Source: Halobacteriovoraceae bacterium
Lineage (GTDB): Bacteria; Bdellovibrionota; Bacteriovoracia; Bacteriovoracales; Bacteriovoracaceae
NCBI GenBank assembly: GCA_963719505.1
Contig: CAVRCF010000003.1
Coordinates: 320,001 to 384,000, forward strand
DNA: 64,000 nt
Reading direction: 5' to 3'
The notes under the pieces are model-generated. The model was not told the origin of the DNA and ran no database searches. It saw only the letters and a program-made list of their open reading frames with translations. Of this stretch, positions 40,349-50,191 are shown piece after piece. The first letter of the stretch is position 1. Every line of letters starts with the position of its first letter. Made by a program: the position numbers and the translations under genes.

Positions 40349-41428
40349 CTATTTTGTCGCTACGTTTCTTCCAGTTGAGAAAAGCTTTCCATGAACGTGA
40401 CTTGCGATATCTAGTGCTCTGGATGCATCGAGCTTTCCACCACCGAGAACTTTACCTTTTAGAGTCTTAGCTTTTAGTGATGAGCTGATAATAATATTTC
40501 TTACTTGTTGGTAATTAAACTCAGGAAATTGAGATTTAACTAAAGCGACAACACCAGTAACAAAGGCCGTTGCTTGAGAAGTTCCTGTCATGAACCCTGC
40601 ACCATTATTAGGAATTGCTGACTTAATTCTAAAACCTGGAGCTGCGATATCAACTGATTTTGATCCCCAGTTTGAAGCAGAGATTAAATTATTTGATTCG
40701 TCGTGAGCTCCAACCGTGATGATATTTGAGAGTCCATAACTTGCAGGGTAGTAGGCATTCTTTTTTCTATCAATATTTGATCTTTCATTTCCAGCTGCTG
40801 CGATAACAAGGATTCCCTTTCTCTCAGCTTTCTTTAAGACTGCAAGCTCTGCTACGCTGGCCTCTGGACCTCCGCCTGAGTAGTTGATGATATCAACATT
40901 TTGATCAACAGCGTACTCAAGGGCCTTGATTGTTGAATCTAGGTTTGCTTGGCCTGATGCTTTTGGATTATAGTATTTTAAAGCGAGAATTCTAACATCT
41001 GGAAAAATACTTTTTACAATTCCTGAGACGTGAGTTCCATGCCCGTGTGAGTCGTCTGGTGTCGTCGTTGGAGACTTTGTTGAAAAATCCATACCGTAGT
41101 TCTTTTTATCCAACTTTCCTTTAACTGCTACAAGATTGTCTTTTAGAAAGGGATGGTTGAATTGGATTCCGGTATCCACAACTGCAACAGTAATATCTTT
41201 TTTCTTATGAAATCTTTTCCACGAAGCTGATAAGTTAATTGATGACTTTGAGTTATTCGGATCGATTCCCCAGCTGGTAAATCGGCTTGTTAGGTTTGTC
41301 GGAGCATAAAAAGAGCTCGACTCCTTCTTAACAACAAGATTAGTTGTTTTTAATGACTTTGATTGAACTGATGAAGTAGCGACAAGAGTTGCTGCTAGTA
41401 ATGTGATTTTCAAGTTCATTTTCAACAT
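40349..41428 (-). CDS. Secreted S8 (subtilisin-like) serine protease
   Basis: Catalytic triad VVDTG, HGTH, GTSQAT; AAAGN oxyanion residue; signal peptide. Confidence 0.93.
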   Translation of the reverse strand: MLKMNLKITLLAATLVATSSVQSKSLKTTNLVVKKESSSFYAPTNLTSRFTSWGIDPNNSKSSINLSASWKRFHKKKDITVAVVDTGIQFNHPFLKDNLVAVKGKLDKKNYGMDFSTKSPTTTPDDSHGHGTHVSGIVKSIFPDVRILALKYYNPKASGQANLDSTIKALEYAVDQNVDIINYSGGGPEASVAELAVLKKAERKGILVIAAAGNERSNIDRKKNAYYPASYGLSNIITVGAHDESNNLISASNWGSKSVDIAAPGFRIKSAIPNNGAGFMTGTSQATAFVTGVVALVKSQFPEFNYQQVRNIIISSSLKAKTLKGKVLGGGKLDASRALDIASHVHGKLFSTGRNVATK

Positions 41429-41470
41429 AATTTAACCTTCGGCTTTAAGTATAGTCTCACACATATAGAA

Positions 41471-41486
41471 GCAAGTTACTTGCCAA
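41471..41486 (-). promoter_or_regulatory. Putative sigma54 (-24/-12) promoter of the S8 protease
   Basis: Minus strand TTGGCAAGTAACTTGC (GG-N10-GC), 43 nt upstream of the start. Confidence 0.7.
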
Positions 41487-41570
41487 TACTTAAAGTGTGA
41501 TTCCTTATACTTATAGAACTTATCTGTGTCTAATGTTTAAACATGTACCTAAAAAATTGATAATTTGATC

Positions 41571-41597
41571 AAAAAAAACCCTCAAGAGACTTGAGGG
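41571..41597 (-). terminator. Intrinsic terminator after dksA
   Basis: CCCTCAAG-TCT-CTTGAGGG followed by a T-tract on the minus strand. Confidence 0.75.
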
Positions 41598-41653
41598 CTA
41601 AACTACTAGAATATTTAATCTTTTGGAGTGTTTTAACGTTAACTGGACTAAAT

Positions 41654-42022
41654 TTAGGCTCTTCTGCTGAATTGGTGAGAAGCTTCGCGCTCTCTTTCTT
41701 CGGCAACTTCTAGGCAAAATTCCGCCCATGGCTGAGTCTTTAGTCTTTTTTCAGAAATTTCTTCTCCAGAATCTAGGCAGATTCCATAAGATCCATCTTC
41801 TATTCTTTCAAGTGCAGCATCTATTCTTCTGAGCTTGACCATTTCTTTTTCACGTATGCTAAATGAAACTTGTTGATTTACTGTGTTGTTGGCAAGATCG
41901 GCTTCATCGGCAACTGGCTCTATCTTTAGGTCTTCAAGATTGCTGAGAATTCCACTGTTAAGTATCTGATTTCTCGATTCAAGCAGTCTTGTTTTAAAAA
42001 ACTCTGTTTTCTTTTTGTCCAT
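41654..42022 (-). CDS. dksA: DksA/TraR family transcription factor
   Basis: DEADLA coiled-coil tip, IDAALERI.DG.YG.C, I...RL...P. ATG at 42022 after GGAGGAG. Confidence 0.85.
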   Translation of the reverse strand: MDKKKTEFFKTRLLESRNQILNSGILSNLEDLKIEPVADEADLANNTVNQQVSFSIREKEMVKLRRIDAALERIEDGSYGICLDSGEEISEKRLKTQPWAEFCLEVAEEREREASHQFSRRA

Positions 42023-42188
42023 GATCTTCTCCTCCGTGATTAATTGCTTTGATTTCCCACTCAGATCCTTGAAAGGGAAAGTCATCAAAGCCCAATAATT
42101 TTAACTCACTTTGTAACCCGAGATCAAGAAGAATGAAACTAGGCAAGAATTGTGTAAGTATTTGTTTGAAAACCCTAAATAGGAAAAA

Positions 42189-42218
42189 TTGACAGTCTTT
42201 GTCTAGAATAGATATGAT
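42189..42218 (+). promoter_or_regulatory. Putative sigma70 promoter
   Basis: TTGACA-N18-TATGAT. Confidence 0.5.
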
Positions 42219-42240
42219 AGTCGTTAGTCTTTAATTATAG

Positions 42241-43614
42241 GTGGTTAGGAATATCTTAATAAAACTGATACCCATATTTATTTTTATCTCAGTTCTTGTT
42301 TCAAGTTGTGGGAAGAAAATTGAAGAAGATAGTTCTTCAGGCGATCCACCTACTCGTGAAGATAGGGGGATAGATCCTGCAGATGATCAAAGAGTGCGTG
42401 AATTTATCTCCAAGCAAACCATTACTTGTGAGGATCAAAATGAGTGTTCCAGAAGCGTCGCTAAAGTTGTTGTGCTTAATAGGCAAGCGGTAAAGTTTTG
42501 CACCGGCACTCTTATTCAAAAAAACATTGTTGCCGTCGCCTCAAGTTGCCTCACCCGTGCGCTTAGAGTTCCTGGAATTAGCTGTTTTGAAAGTGTGCAT
42601 ATTTTGTTTCCAGAAACAAAGTACAGAAATAAGAAAACTGTAAAATGCCAACGAATTATTCAAAGTGATAATAATAACTTTGCCGACTCCGCTCTTTTAA
42701 AAACAGATGTCGCCCTTATTGAACTTCAAGATGATGTGAGTAGTAGAAGTGCGAGGTACTCAAACGAAGGCTTTAGAGAGAATGGAATCTACACAGCTTG
42801 GAAGGTCAATGTTCAAAACCAATACGATGCAACCATAACGCAAGATAAATGTAGCGCCCTTTTTGGAAGCTATGCCAATCCTTTTGTGACAAGTTCAAAA
42901 GCGCCTTTTATGACCGTTAGTGGTTGTCCATTTCAAGAAGGAAATTTAGGGGCTCCACTTGTTAACTTCAGAGGTGAAGTCAAAGGTATTATTAGCGCTC
43001 CAGTCAATCAGGGGTTAATCGACTCTTTAAAGAGGGCTGGAAGCCTAAGGGAAGAAGTCAGTAAGATTGCTCACGTTTCTAACTTTTCGTGTTTTACCTA
43101 TCCCTTTGACTCCGACTCCTTGGATCCTGAATGCAAGGTCTCTGTAAGTGAGATCAAATTAAAGATTTTAAGAATCGAGATGCTTAATAGAGACTCTGTT
43201 CACGATGAAAATAAGGCTGACATTAAAGAAGAGCTTGAAGAGTATCGACGCTACTTCAAATGGAATATAGACTTTGTTAAAAATCAACAAGACGATTTTT
43301 ATGAAACTCATATCACAAGTCCCAAGTGTTTATTTAGCTCGGCTTCTTGGCTTGGTGAGTTTAGAAATGGAAGAAAGTATCGAACTTGGGTCACCAAAGA
43401 GATCTCTTATAAAAACTATATTTTAAAAAATAAACTTGATCGATTTTTAAAACCCGTTTCAGTTGCAACGATTACTCCACCGAAATCTTATTTCCTCTCT
43501 TTCAGTCCTTCAAGGGTTTACGAAAACGGAAATACTAATCTCTATATTAATTCAAGCTTGTTTGGGGCAGACACTGTGACGGAACATAGTATCGTCAGAG
43601 AAGAATGTCGTTAA
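42241..43614 (+). CDS. Lipoprotein with degenerate trypsin-like serine protease domain
   Basis: VSSC lipobox; FCTGTLI...V.VASSC, DVALIEL, EGNLGAPL...GEVKGI. Confidence 0.7.
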   Translation: MVRNILIKLIPIFIFISVLVSSCGKKIEEDSSSGDPPTREDRGIDPADDQRVREFISKQTITCEDQNECSRSVAKVVVLNRQAVKFCTGTLIQKNIVAVASSCLTRALRVPGISCFESVHILFPETKYRNKKTVKCQRIIQSDNNNFADSALLKTDVALIELQDDVSSRSARYSNEGFRENGIYTAWKVNVQNQYDATITQDKCSALFGSYANPFVTSSKAPFMTVSGCPFQEGNLGAPLVNFRGEVKGIISAPVNQGLIDSLKRAGSLREEVSKIAHVSNFSCFTYPFDSDSLDPECKVSVSEIKLKILRIEMLNRDSVHDENKADIKEELEEYRRYFKWNIDFVKNQQDDFYETHITSPKCLFSSASWLGEFRNGRKYRTWVTKEISYKNYILKNKLDRFLKPVSVATITPPKSYFLSFSPSRVYENGNTNLYINSSLFGADTVTEHSIVREECR

Positions 43615-43652
43615 CGGTTTAATGCCTTCAAGACAGTTAAAGAACATAGACT

Positions 43653-44681
43653 TTATTGCTTAAGATCTCTCCAGCTTTTTCCTTCTCTACGTCTAGAATT
43701 CTTTTGCCAATACTCTACAGCTTTTAAATGTTCTTTGTAAGTTGGAGTAAAAACATGAGTGCCATCATTTTTAGAAACAAAGTAGATAAAGTCGTGTTCT
43801 TGTGGTTCTAGAACAGCTTTAATCGCGGCTAAAGAGGGGCTTGCAATAGGTCCAAGTGGCAGGCCACTCATTTTGTAGGTGTTATATTTTGTTTTTTGAA
43901 GGAGATGCTTTCGTCTTAAGTTTCCATCAAAGTTTTCCCAGATTCCATAGATTGTCGTAGGATCTGCTTGTAAACGCATTCTCTTTTTTAATCTATTGAG
44001 ATAAACTCCAGCAATCGTCTTTCTTTCAAATTTTGCCCCAGTCTCTTTCTCAACAATTGAAGCTAATGTGATGACTTGGTATTTTGAAAGATTACTTTTT
44101 GAAAAGTTTAGATTTGAAACCTTCTCATTAAAGAGTCTTACCATTGTTGCAACAACGATATTTGCAGGAGTATTGGGAGCAAACTTGTAGGTGTCAGGAA
44201 AGAGGTAACCCTCTAGGCTAGGAGCTTGTGCTGAAATTAACGCAATATTTTTAGGATTTCGGCAAGCTTTCACAAAGGCTTTATAGGTTGTGATTTTACT
44301 TTGCTCAAAAATTTTACCAATCTCGAACATGTTTTTGCCTTCGGGAATAGTAACACTTGTAAGGATAGGAGTTCCGTTGGTGAGGGTTTCGAGAACCTCT
44401 CCCATATCCATGCCGTCGGTGATGGCATAAGTCCCAGCTTTAAACTTTGTCAGCGAGTCATTAAATTTTGTGTAGTAGTGAAAAAGTCTAGCATTATCGA
44501 TGATTTTTGCTTTTTTAAGACGGTAATTGATGCTGGAAAAACCTTCTCCTGAACGAATAGTAAAGCTCGTTTGAGGACCAGAGTAGGGTTTGTAAAAAGC
44601 AAACATAATTTGAGCGAGCCCAAAAATAACTAAAAATAAGACGGCTACAATTGATAGCCCAATGACGGATCTTTTATTCAT
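43653..44681 (-). CDS. mltG: Endolytic transglycosylase MltG
   Basis: VTIPEG, LEGYLFPDTY, LASIVEKET, NRL...M.LQADPT, YNTY...GLP.GPI. Confidence 0.95.
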   Translation of the reverse strand: MNKRSVIGLSIVAVLFLVIFGLAQIMFAFYKPYSGPQTSFTIRSGEGFSSINYRLKKAKIIDNARLFHYYTKFNDSLTKFKAGTYAITDGMDMGEVLETLTNGTPILTSVTIPEGKNMFEIGKIFEQSKITTYKAFVKACRNPKNIALISAQAPSLEGYLFPDTYKFAPNTPANIVVATMVRLFNEKVSNLNFSKSNLSKYQVITLASIVEKETGAKFERKTIAGVYLNRLKKRMRLQADPTTIYGIWENFDGNLRRKHLLQKTKYNTYKMSGLPLGPIASPSLAAIKAVLEPQEHDFIYFVSKNDGTHVFTPTYKEHLKAVEYWQKNSRRREGKSWRDLKQ

Positions 44682-44718
44682 GCGAAAAGTCTAAAGGATT
44701 GATTTAACTCTGTCCCAA

Positions 44719-45183
44719 CTAATTTTCGGCGAGATTGACGAATTGCTCTAAAATGATTGAGGCACTCATTGCGTCAATCTTGGTAAGATCAACTTTGAAG
44801 TTGTAGCGGGGATCATTTTTCATTCGCTCTTCGGCTTCAAAAGTCGTGAGCGTTTCATCAATATAATAGACGGGAATTGAGACTGAATTTTTTAACTTGT
44901 CACCAAAAGCCTTAATGGTCTTGGTCATGGTCGATTCTCGTCCGTCAGTAAAGCGGGGGATGCCCAAAATGATAATATCGATGAATTCTTCGGACAGAAT
45001 CTTTTGAATTTCGGATATTAATTGCTCATCTGACTCATATTTAACTCTTCCAAAGAGAAGGATCATGGGGTCGATATTGACCTTGTAGTTAGACAAGCCA
45101 GTGAATTTCTGTCCATAATCGATCGCCAACAGGTGCTTTCGATCGATGTCAGATTTTTTGGGGGATATTTCCATGCTTGACAT
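44719..45183 (-). CDS. ruvX: YqgF/RuvX family nuclease
   Basis: LAIDYG, I.GIP, DETLTT.EAE, ID..SA.IILE; adjacent to mltG. Confidence 0.9.
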   Translation of the reverse strand: MSSMEISPKKSDIDRKHLLAIDYGQKFTGLSNYKVNIDPMILLFGRVKYESDEQLISEIQKILSEEFIDIIILGIPRFTDGRESTMTKTIKAFGDKLKNSVSIPVYYIDETLTTFEAEERMKNDPRYNFKVDLTKIDAMSASIILEQFVNLAEN

Positions 45184-45204
45184 CCTACTCCAAGAAGCTA
45201 TTAT
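45177..45204 (+). promoter_or_regulatory. Putative sigma70 promoter for rho
   Basis: TTGACA-N16-TATTAT, about 90 nt before the rho ATG. Confidence 0.5.
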
Positions 45205-45294
45205 TTACCATATCAAACAATACTAATCAGATTCATTCAGTAACAAAAGTCTATCGAGTGAAATTCCCTAAATGTGCCATTTTTCGGAGAATCC

Positions 45295-46546
45295 ATGCAT
45301 TTAAATGAACTAAGAGAAAAAGAAATTAAAGAACTTACAAAAATTGCGACTAAAGACGGTATTGATAACACTGCCGGAATGAAAAAACACGAAATCATTT
45401 TCGCTCTCTTAAAAAAGACTGCTGAAAAAGAGAGTCTATCTATGGTGAAGGTGTTTTAGAAATTCTTCCTGATGGATTTGGATTTTTAAGATCTCCAGAT
45501 TACAACTATCTTCCAGGTGCGGATGATATTTATGTCAGCTCCTTCTCAAATAAGAAGATTTGGCTTAAGAACAGGTGATACAATTGACAGGTGAAATTAG
45601 ACCGCCAAAAGAAGGCGAGAGATATTTTGCTCTTTTAAAGATTGAGACAATTAACTCTCAGACTCCAGCAAGAACATAAACAAACAGTTCTTTTCGATAA
45701 CTTAACTCCATTATACCCTGAGAAAAAAATTAATCTTGAAGGCAGATCCAACGGGTATTCGACTCGAATTATCGATCTTTTTGTTCCTCAAGGTTTTGGA
45801 CAAAGATGTTTAATCGTTGCACCTCCAAAAGCAGGTAAGACTGTTTTACTTCAAGATATTGCCAACTGCAATTTCAACCAATCATGCGGAAGCAAAGCTT
45901 AATTGTTCTTCTTATTGATGAGAGACCAGAAGAAGTTACAGATATGAAACGAAGTGTAAAGCTGAGGTTATTTCAAGTACATTTGATGAGCCAGCATCAC
46001 GACACGTTCAAGTTGCTGAGATGGTTATCGAAAAAGCGAAAAGATTAGTTGAAGCGGGACAAGATGTTATTATTCTTCTTGATTCAATTACTCGTCTTGC
46101 TCGTGCATACAACACAGTTATTCCACCAAGTGGAAAGATTCTCTCTGGTGGTGTTGACTCAAACGCCCTTCATAAACCGAAAAGATTTTTTGGTGCTGCT
46201 AGAAATATCGAAAATGGTGGATCTCTTACAATTATTGCAACAGCACTTATTGATACGGGCTCTAGAATGGATGAAGTTATCTTTGAGGAATTCAAAGGAA
46301 CTGGTAACTCTGAGATTCAACTTGATAGAAAGCTTATGGAAAAAAGAATTTTCCCTTGTCTCGACATAAATAAGTCTTCGACACGTAAAGAGGATCTTCT
46401 TATCGCTCCAGAAGATATGCAAAAAACATTTATTCTTCAGACGAGTTCTTCACCCAATGAATACAATCGATTCGATGGAATTTGTTTTAGATAAAATAAA
46501 AAATACCAAAGACAATGCTGGATTTATGGATTTGATGAATGGTTAA
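45295..46546 (+). CDS. rho: Transcription termination factor Rho, broken by about eight single-base indels
   Basis: Stitched frames give [71 protein letters not shown]. Confidence 0.93.
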
Positions 46547-46548
46547 TA

Positions 46549-47668
46549 ATGCTTAAAAAAGTATAACTTATTCTTCTTGGAAAGCAGTACACAAGTATTG
46601 GTGGACAAGCTGTTATTGAAGGAGTGATGATGCGTTCTCCGAATGCATTTGTCGTGGCCGTTAGAAAGCCGGATGGAACGATCAGACTTCGTCGCGATCA
46701 ATGGTTTGGTCTTTCTCAGAAATGGAACTTCTTAAGAAAACCATTTTTCCGTGGAATTATTATGCTGGTTGAGACAATGGCAAACGGAATTGTCTCTCTT
46801 AATTATTCTGCTAATATTGCCATGGATGAAGAGATGAAAGAGGAAGCCTTAAAAAAAGGTAAAACTCTGGAACAATACGAAGCCTCAAAAAAGAAAAAAG
46901 AGAAAATTGATTGGGCGACATTTTTTACCATTGCAACAAGCTTTGCTTTTGGGATGGGACTTTTTGTTTTCGTTCCCCACGCAGCGACTGCAGGGATTGC
47001 GAATACTTTTTAACCTCAATTGGGATCTTGATGGTTTTGCCTTTCACTTTGTTGATGGAGTTATAAAAGCTTGTATTTTTATTCTCTATATTTGGCTTAT
47101 AGGATTTCTGCCTGATATTAAAAGAGTTTTCCAATATCACGGTGCGGAACATAAATCGATTTCTACTTTTGAAGCTGGAGATGCACTGACTGTGGAAAAC
47201 GCGAGAAAATATACAACTCTTCACCCTCGATGTGGAACGAGCTTTATTTTCTTTTTGCTTTTTATCTCAATCATTATTTTTTCCGTTCTTTTTACAATTG
47301 TTCCAATAGGTCAGGGTCTTCCGCTTGTGCTTAAGCACCTTACTGCGATTGTTGTTAAAATAGGTTTTATGATTCCTGTGGCCGGTATCTCTTATGAGAT
47401 TATAAAACTTGCTGGGAAGTATCCTAATAATCTTGCTTGTAAGTCCTTGAGTATGCCTGGGATGATGCTGCAAAAATTAACGACGAAAGAGCCGGATGAC
47501 ACTCAATTAGAGATCGCTTTATCCAGTATCAAAGCCGTACTTTTTCTAGAAGATAAATATAATCTTAAAGATGCAAAAGAGAGAGTTATCTCACAAGAAG
47601 AGATCGATATTGAGAACTTGGATGCAATTGAAAGCGCCAATACCTCACTTAACGATTTTTTGGAGTAA
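46549..47668 (+). CDS. DUF1385 family membrane protein (in-frame stop at 46564, frameshift near 47005)
   Basis: GGQAVIEGVMMR, FQYHGAEHK, HPRCGTSF, LQKLTTKEPD. Confidence 0.85.
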
Positions 47669-47674
47669 TACACT

Positions 47675-48748
47675 ATGTCTATGTTCGATCAATTAGATCA
47701 AGTTGTTAAAAAGTTTGAAGAGCTGACTGAGAAGATGGCCGATCCTACTCTTTACGACAGACAAGATGAATTCAAGCAAGTCTCTACTGACCGTGGAAAT
47801 ATGGAAGACTTGGTTATTTGTTATAGAAAATATAAAAAAATAAAATCAGATCTTGCTGGAGCTAAAGAGCTTCTTCGCTCTGAAGATGACGCTGAAATGA
47901 AAGAGATGGCCAAAGAGGAAATCTCTGAATACGAAGCCCTTATCCCAGCACTTGAAGCTGAGCTTCAAGTTCTTCTGCTTCCAAAAGATCCTCTCGATGA
48001 TAAGAACATTATGCTTGAGCTAAGAGCTGGAGCTGGTGGAGATGAAGCCTCAATTTTTGTTGCAGACGTTTTTAGAATGTATAGAAATTACTTTTCAACT
48101 TTAGGTTTTAAATGTGAAATCGTCTCAACTTCAGAAGGAGATGAGGGGTTAAAAGAAGTTATCGCCTCTGTCACTGGAGATAAAGTCTATTCTAAAATGA
48201 AATATGAGTCTGGGGTTCATAGAGTTCAAAGAGTTCCAAAGACTGAATCTCAAGGGCGTGTTCATACCTCTACTATCACAGTTGCAGTTATGCCTGAAGC
48301 TGATGAAGTAGACTTTCAACTCGATCTAAACGACGTTAGAATTGATGTCTATCGTTCAGGTGGAGCTGGTGGGCAGTCGGTAAACACCACCGACTCAGCT
48401 GTTCGAGTAACACATATTCCAACGGGAACTGTTGTTGCCAATCAAGATCAAAAGTCACAATTAAAAAATAAAGAAAAAGCCCTAAGAATTCTTAGAAATA
48501 GAATCTACGATAAAATGCTTCAAGAGCACAATAAAGGTATCGCAGATGAAAGAAAAGGACTTGTTGGAACGGGAGATAGGTCTGAGAGAATTAGAACCTA
48601 CAACTTTCCACAAGGAAGACTTTCTGATCACAGAATTGGTCTAACTCTTTACAGTCTTGATAAAATTATTGAAGGTGACCTTGCACCTGTTACCGATGCT
48701 TTAATCGCACACAATCAAGCCACACTCCTTCAGGGTAATGAAGACTAA
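47675..48748 (+). CDS. prfA: Peptide chain release factor 1
   Basis: GAGGDEA, ESGVHRVQRVPKTE (PxT), GGQ, ERIRTYNFPQ. Confidence 0.97.
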   Translation: MSMFDQLDQVVKKFEELTEKMADPTLYDRQDEFKQVSTDRGNMEDLVICYRKYKKIKSDLAGAKELLRSEDDAEMKEMAKEEISEYEALIPALEAELQVLLLPKDPLDDKNIMLELRAGAGGDEASIFVADVFRMYRNYFSTLGFKCEIVSTSEGDEGLKEVIASVTGDKVYSKMKYESGVHRVQRVPKTESQGRVHTSTITVAVMPEADEVDFQLDLNDVRIDVYRSGGAGGQSVNTTDSAVRVTHIPTGTVVANQDQKSQLKNKEKALRILRNRIYDKMLQEHNKGIADERKGLVGTGDRSERIRTYNFPQGRLSDHRIGLTLYSLDKIIEGDLAPVTDALIAHNQATLLQGNED

Positions 48749-49592
48749 GTCCATTAGAGATCACTTTAAGGTTTACTTCGAGAAGAATCAAAAACGTCTT
48801 GACCTCAATTATCCAGGAATTCAATTTCAGCGATTTCTTCAAGAGTACTGTGAGTATGATAGCTCTAACCCAGATGATCCTTATGTTATGGAAAATCCTG
48901 GTTTCTTTGAAAAACTTACTCAAGGTGTGCCTTTTGAGTATATGAACTTCAAATCATTTTTTTATAAACAAGAATTTTATGTGAATAAAGATGTTCTTAT
49001 TCCTCGTTCTGAAACAGAAATCCTTTGTGAAAAAGCCATCGACTTTATTGAATCTCACTATCATGATGACTTCTCACTTCTTGATGTTGGGACAGGATCA
49101 GGTGTTATCGCACTAACAGTGGCCACTGAAATTAAAAATAAGCTGAAGATAAAAGCCACCGATGTATCTAACTCTGCTTTAGAAGTCGCCAATATAAATT
49201 ACGATAATCTTTTCTCTCAAATTCCTATAACCACAAGAATTGAGTTTGAAAACAGAGATCGACTTTTTGGAATCGATGAGACATTTGACCTTATTGTAAG
49301 TAATCCACCGTATATCAAAGAGATCACTGATAGAGAACATGTTCACCCTCAAGCTGAAATGCATGAACCTCATCTTGCTTTATTTTTAAATGATGAGACT
49401 TATGACAAGTGGTTTGAAACTCTTTTTGAACAGGTCTCGGTCTGTTTAAAAGCTGGAGGATTATTCATCATGGAAGGGCATGAACATCATCTGAAAGCAC
49501 AAAGAGTACAGGCTTCTCCTTTTTTTGAGAGTTTAGAAGTTCTTTGTGATTATACTGGACGAGATCGATTCCTAATCGGGAGAAAGAAATAA
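48738..49592 (+). CDS. prmC: Release factor glutamine methyltransferase
   Basis: VLIPR.ETE, DVGTGSG, SNPPY; follows prfA. Confidence 0.92.
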   Translation: MKTKSIRDHFKVYFEKNQKRLDLNYPGIQFQRFLQEYCEYDSSNPDDPYVMENPGFFEKLTQGVPFEYMNFKSFFYKQEFYVNKDVLIPRSETEILCEKAIDFIESHYHDDFSLLDVGTGSGVIALTVATEIKNKLKIKATDVSNSALEVANINYDNLFSQIPITTRIEFENRDRLFGIDETFDLIVSNPPYIKEITDREHVHPQAEMHEPHLALFLNDETYDKWFETLFEQVSVCLKAGGLFIMEGHEHHLKAQRVQASPFFESLEVLCDYTGRDRFLIGRKK

Positions 49593-50188
49593 TGAAAAAA
49601 ATCCTTCTGCTTTTTATGATGGGTTGTGCTTCAATTACTCCCGACTTTAAACAAGAGGAAGTTATTGCGGGGAAGTCACAAATTGTTTTCTATTGGCCCT
49701 CTCAGTGGCAATCACAGTGGGGAAGATATATTATCTCTATCAATGGCGAAGATAAAATCGTTTTGAGAAACGAGGGATACTTCTCAATAAGGGTAGATGT
49801 TGGAAGAATTGATATCAGCTCAAGACATTTTCAAAATAAAGATTTTATCTTAAACACCAAACTTCACGCTAAAAGTAAAAAACAATATTTTTTAAAACTC
49901 GATACTCAGCCAAAAGAGGTTACTCTGATGAGTGCGATGGGAGATATTACTTCCGTTGGAACTGTTATTTCTGGGCTAAAGTCACATCAAAAATTAAAAG
50001 AAGGAAGAGGGTCTTACAAGGACGCCTCTAATTATATTAAAGCTGAACAGTTGAAACTTGAAATGGAACATAAAAAGACCAAGCCCTTAGGCTTCCATGT
50101 GCTCACTCAAATAGAAAACGATGTGGCCTTATTAGAACTTGAGACGTGTTGCTCTTCAAAAAAGACAGATAAAATACAAAAGGATTAA
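49592..50188 (+). CDS. Hypothetical lipoprotein (DUF2846-like N-terminal part)
   Basis: MMGC lipobox-like site; K..IVFY.P, L.NEGYF pattern. Confidence 0.65.
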   Translation: MKKILLLFMMGCASITPDFKQEEVIAGKSQIVFYWPSQWQSQWGRYIISINGEDKIVLRNEGYFSIRVDVGRIDISSRHFQNKDFILNTKLHAKSKKQYFLKLDTQPKEVTLMSAMGDITSVGTVISGLKSHQKLKEGRGSYKDASNYIKAEQLKLEMEHKKTKPLGFHVLTQIENDVALLELETCCSSKKTDKIQKD

Positions 50189-50191
50189 ATC

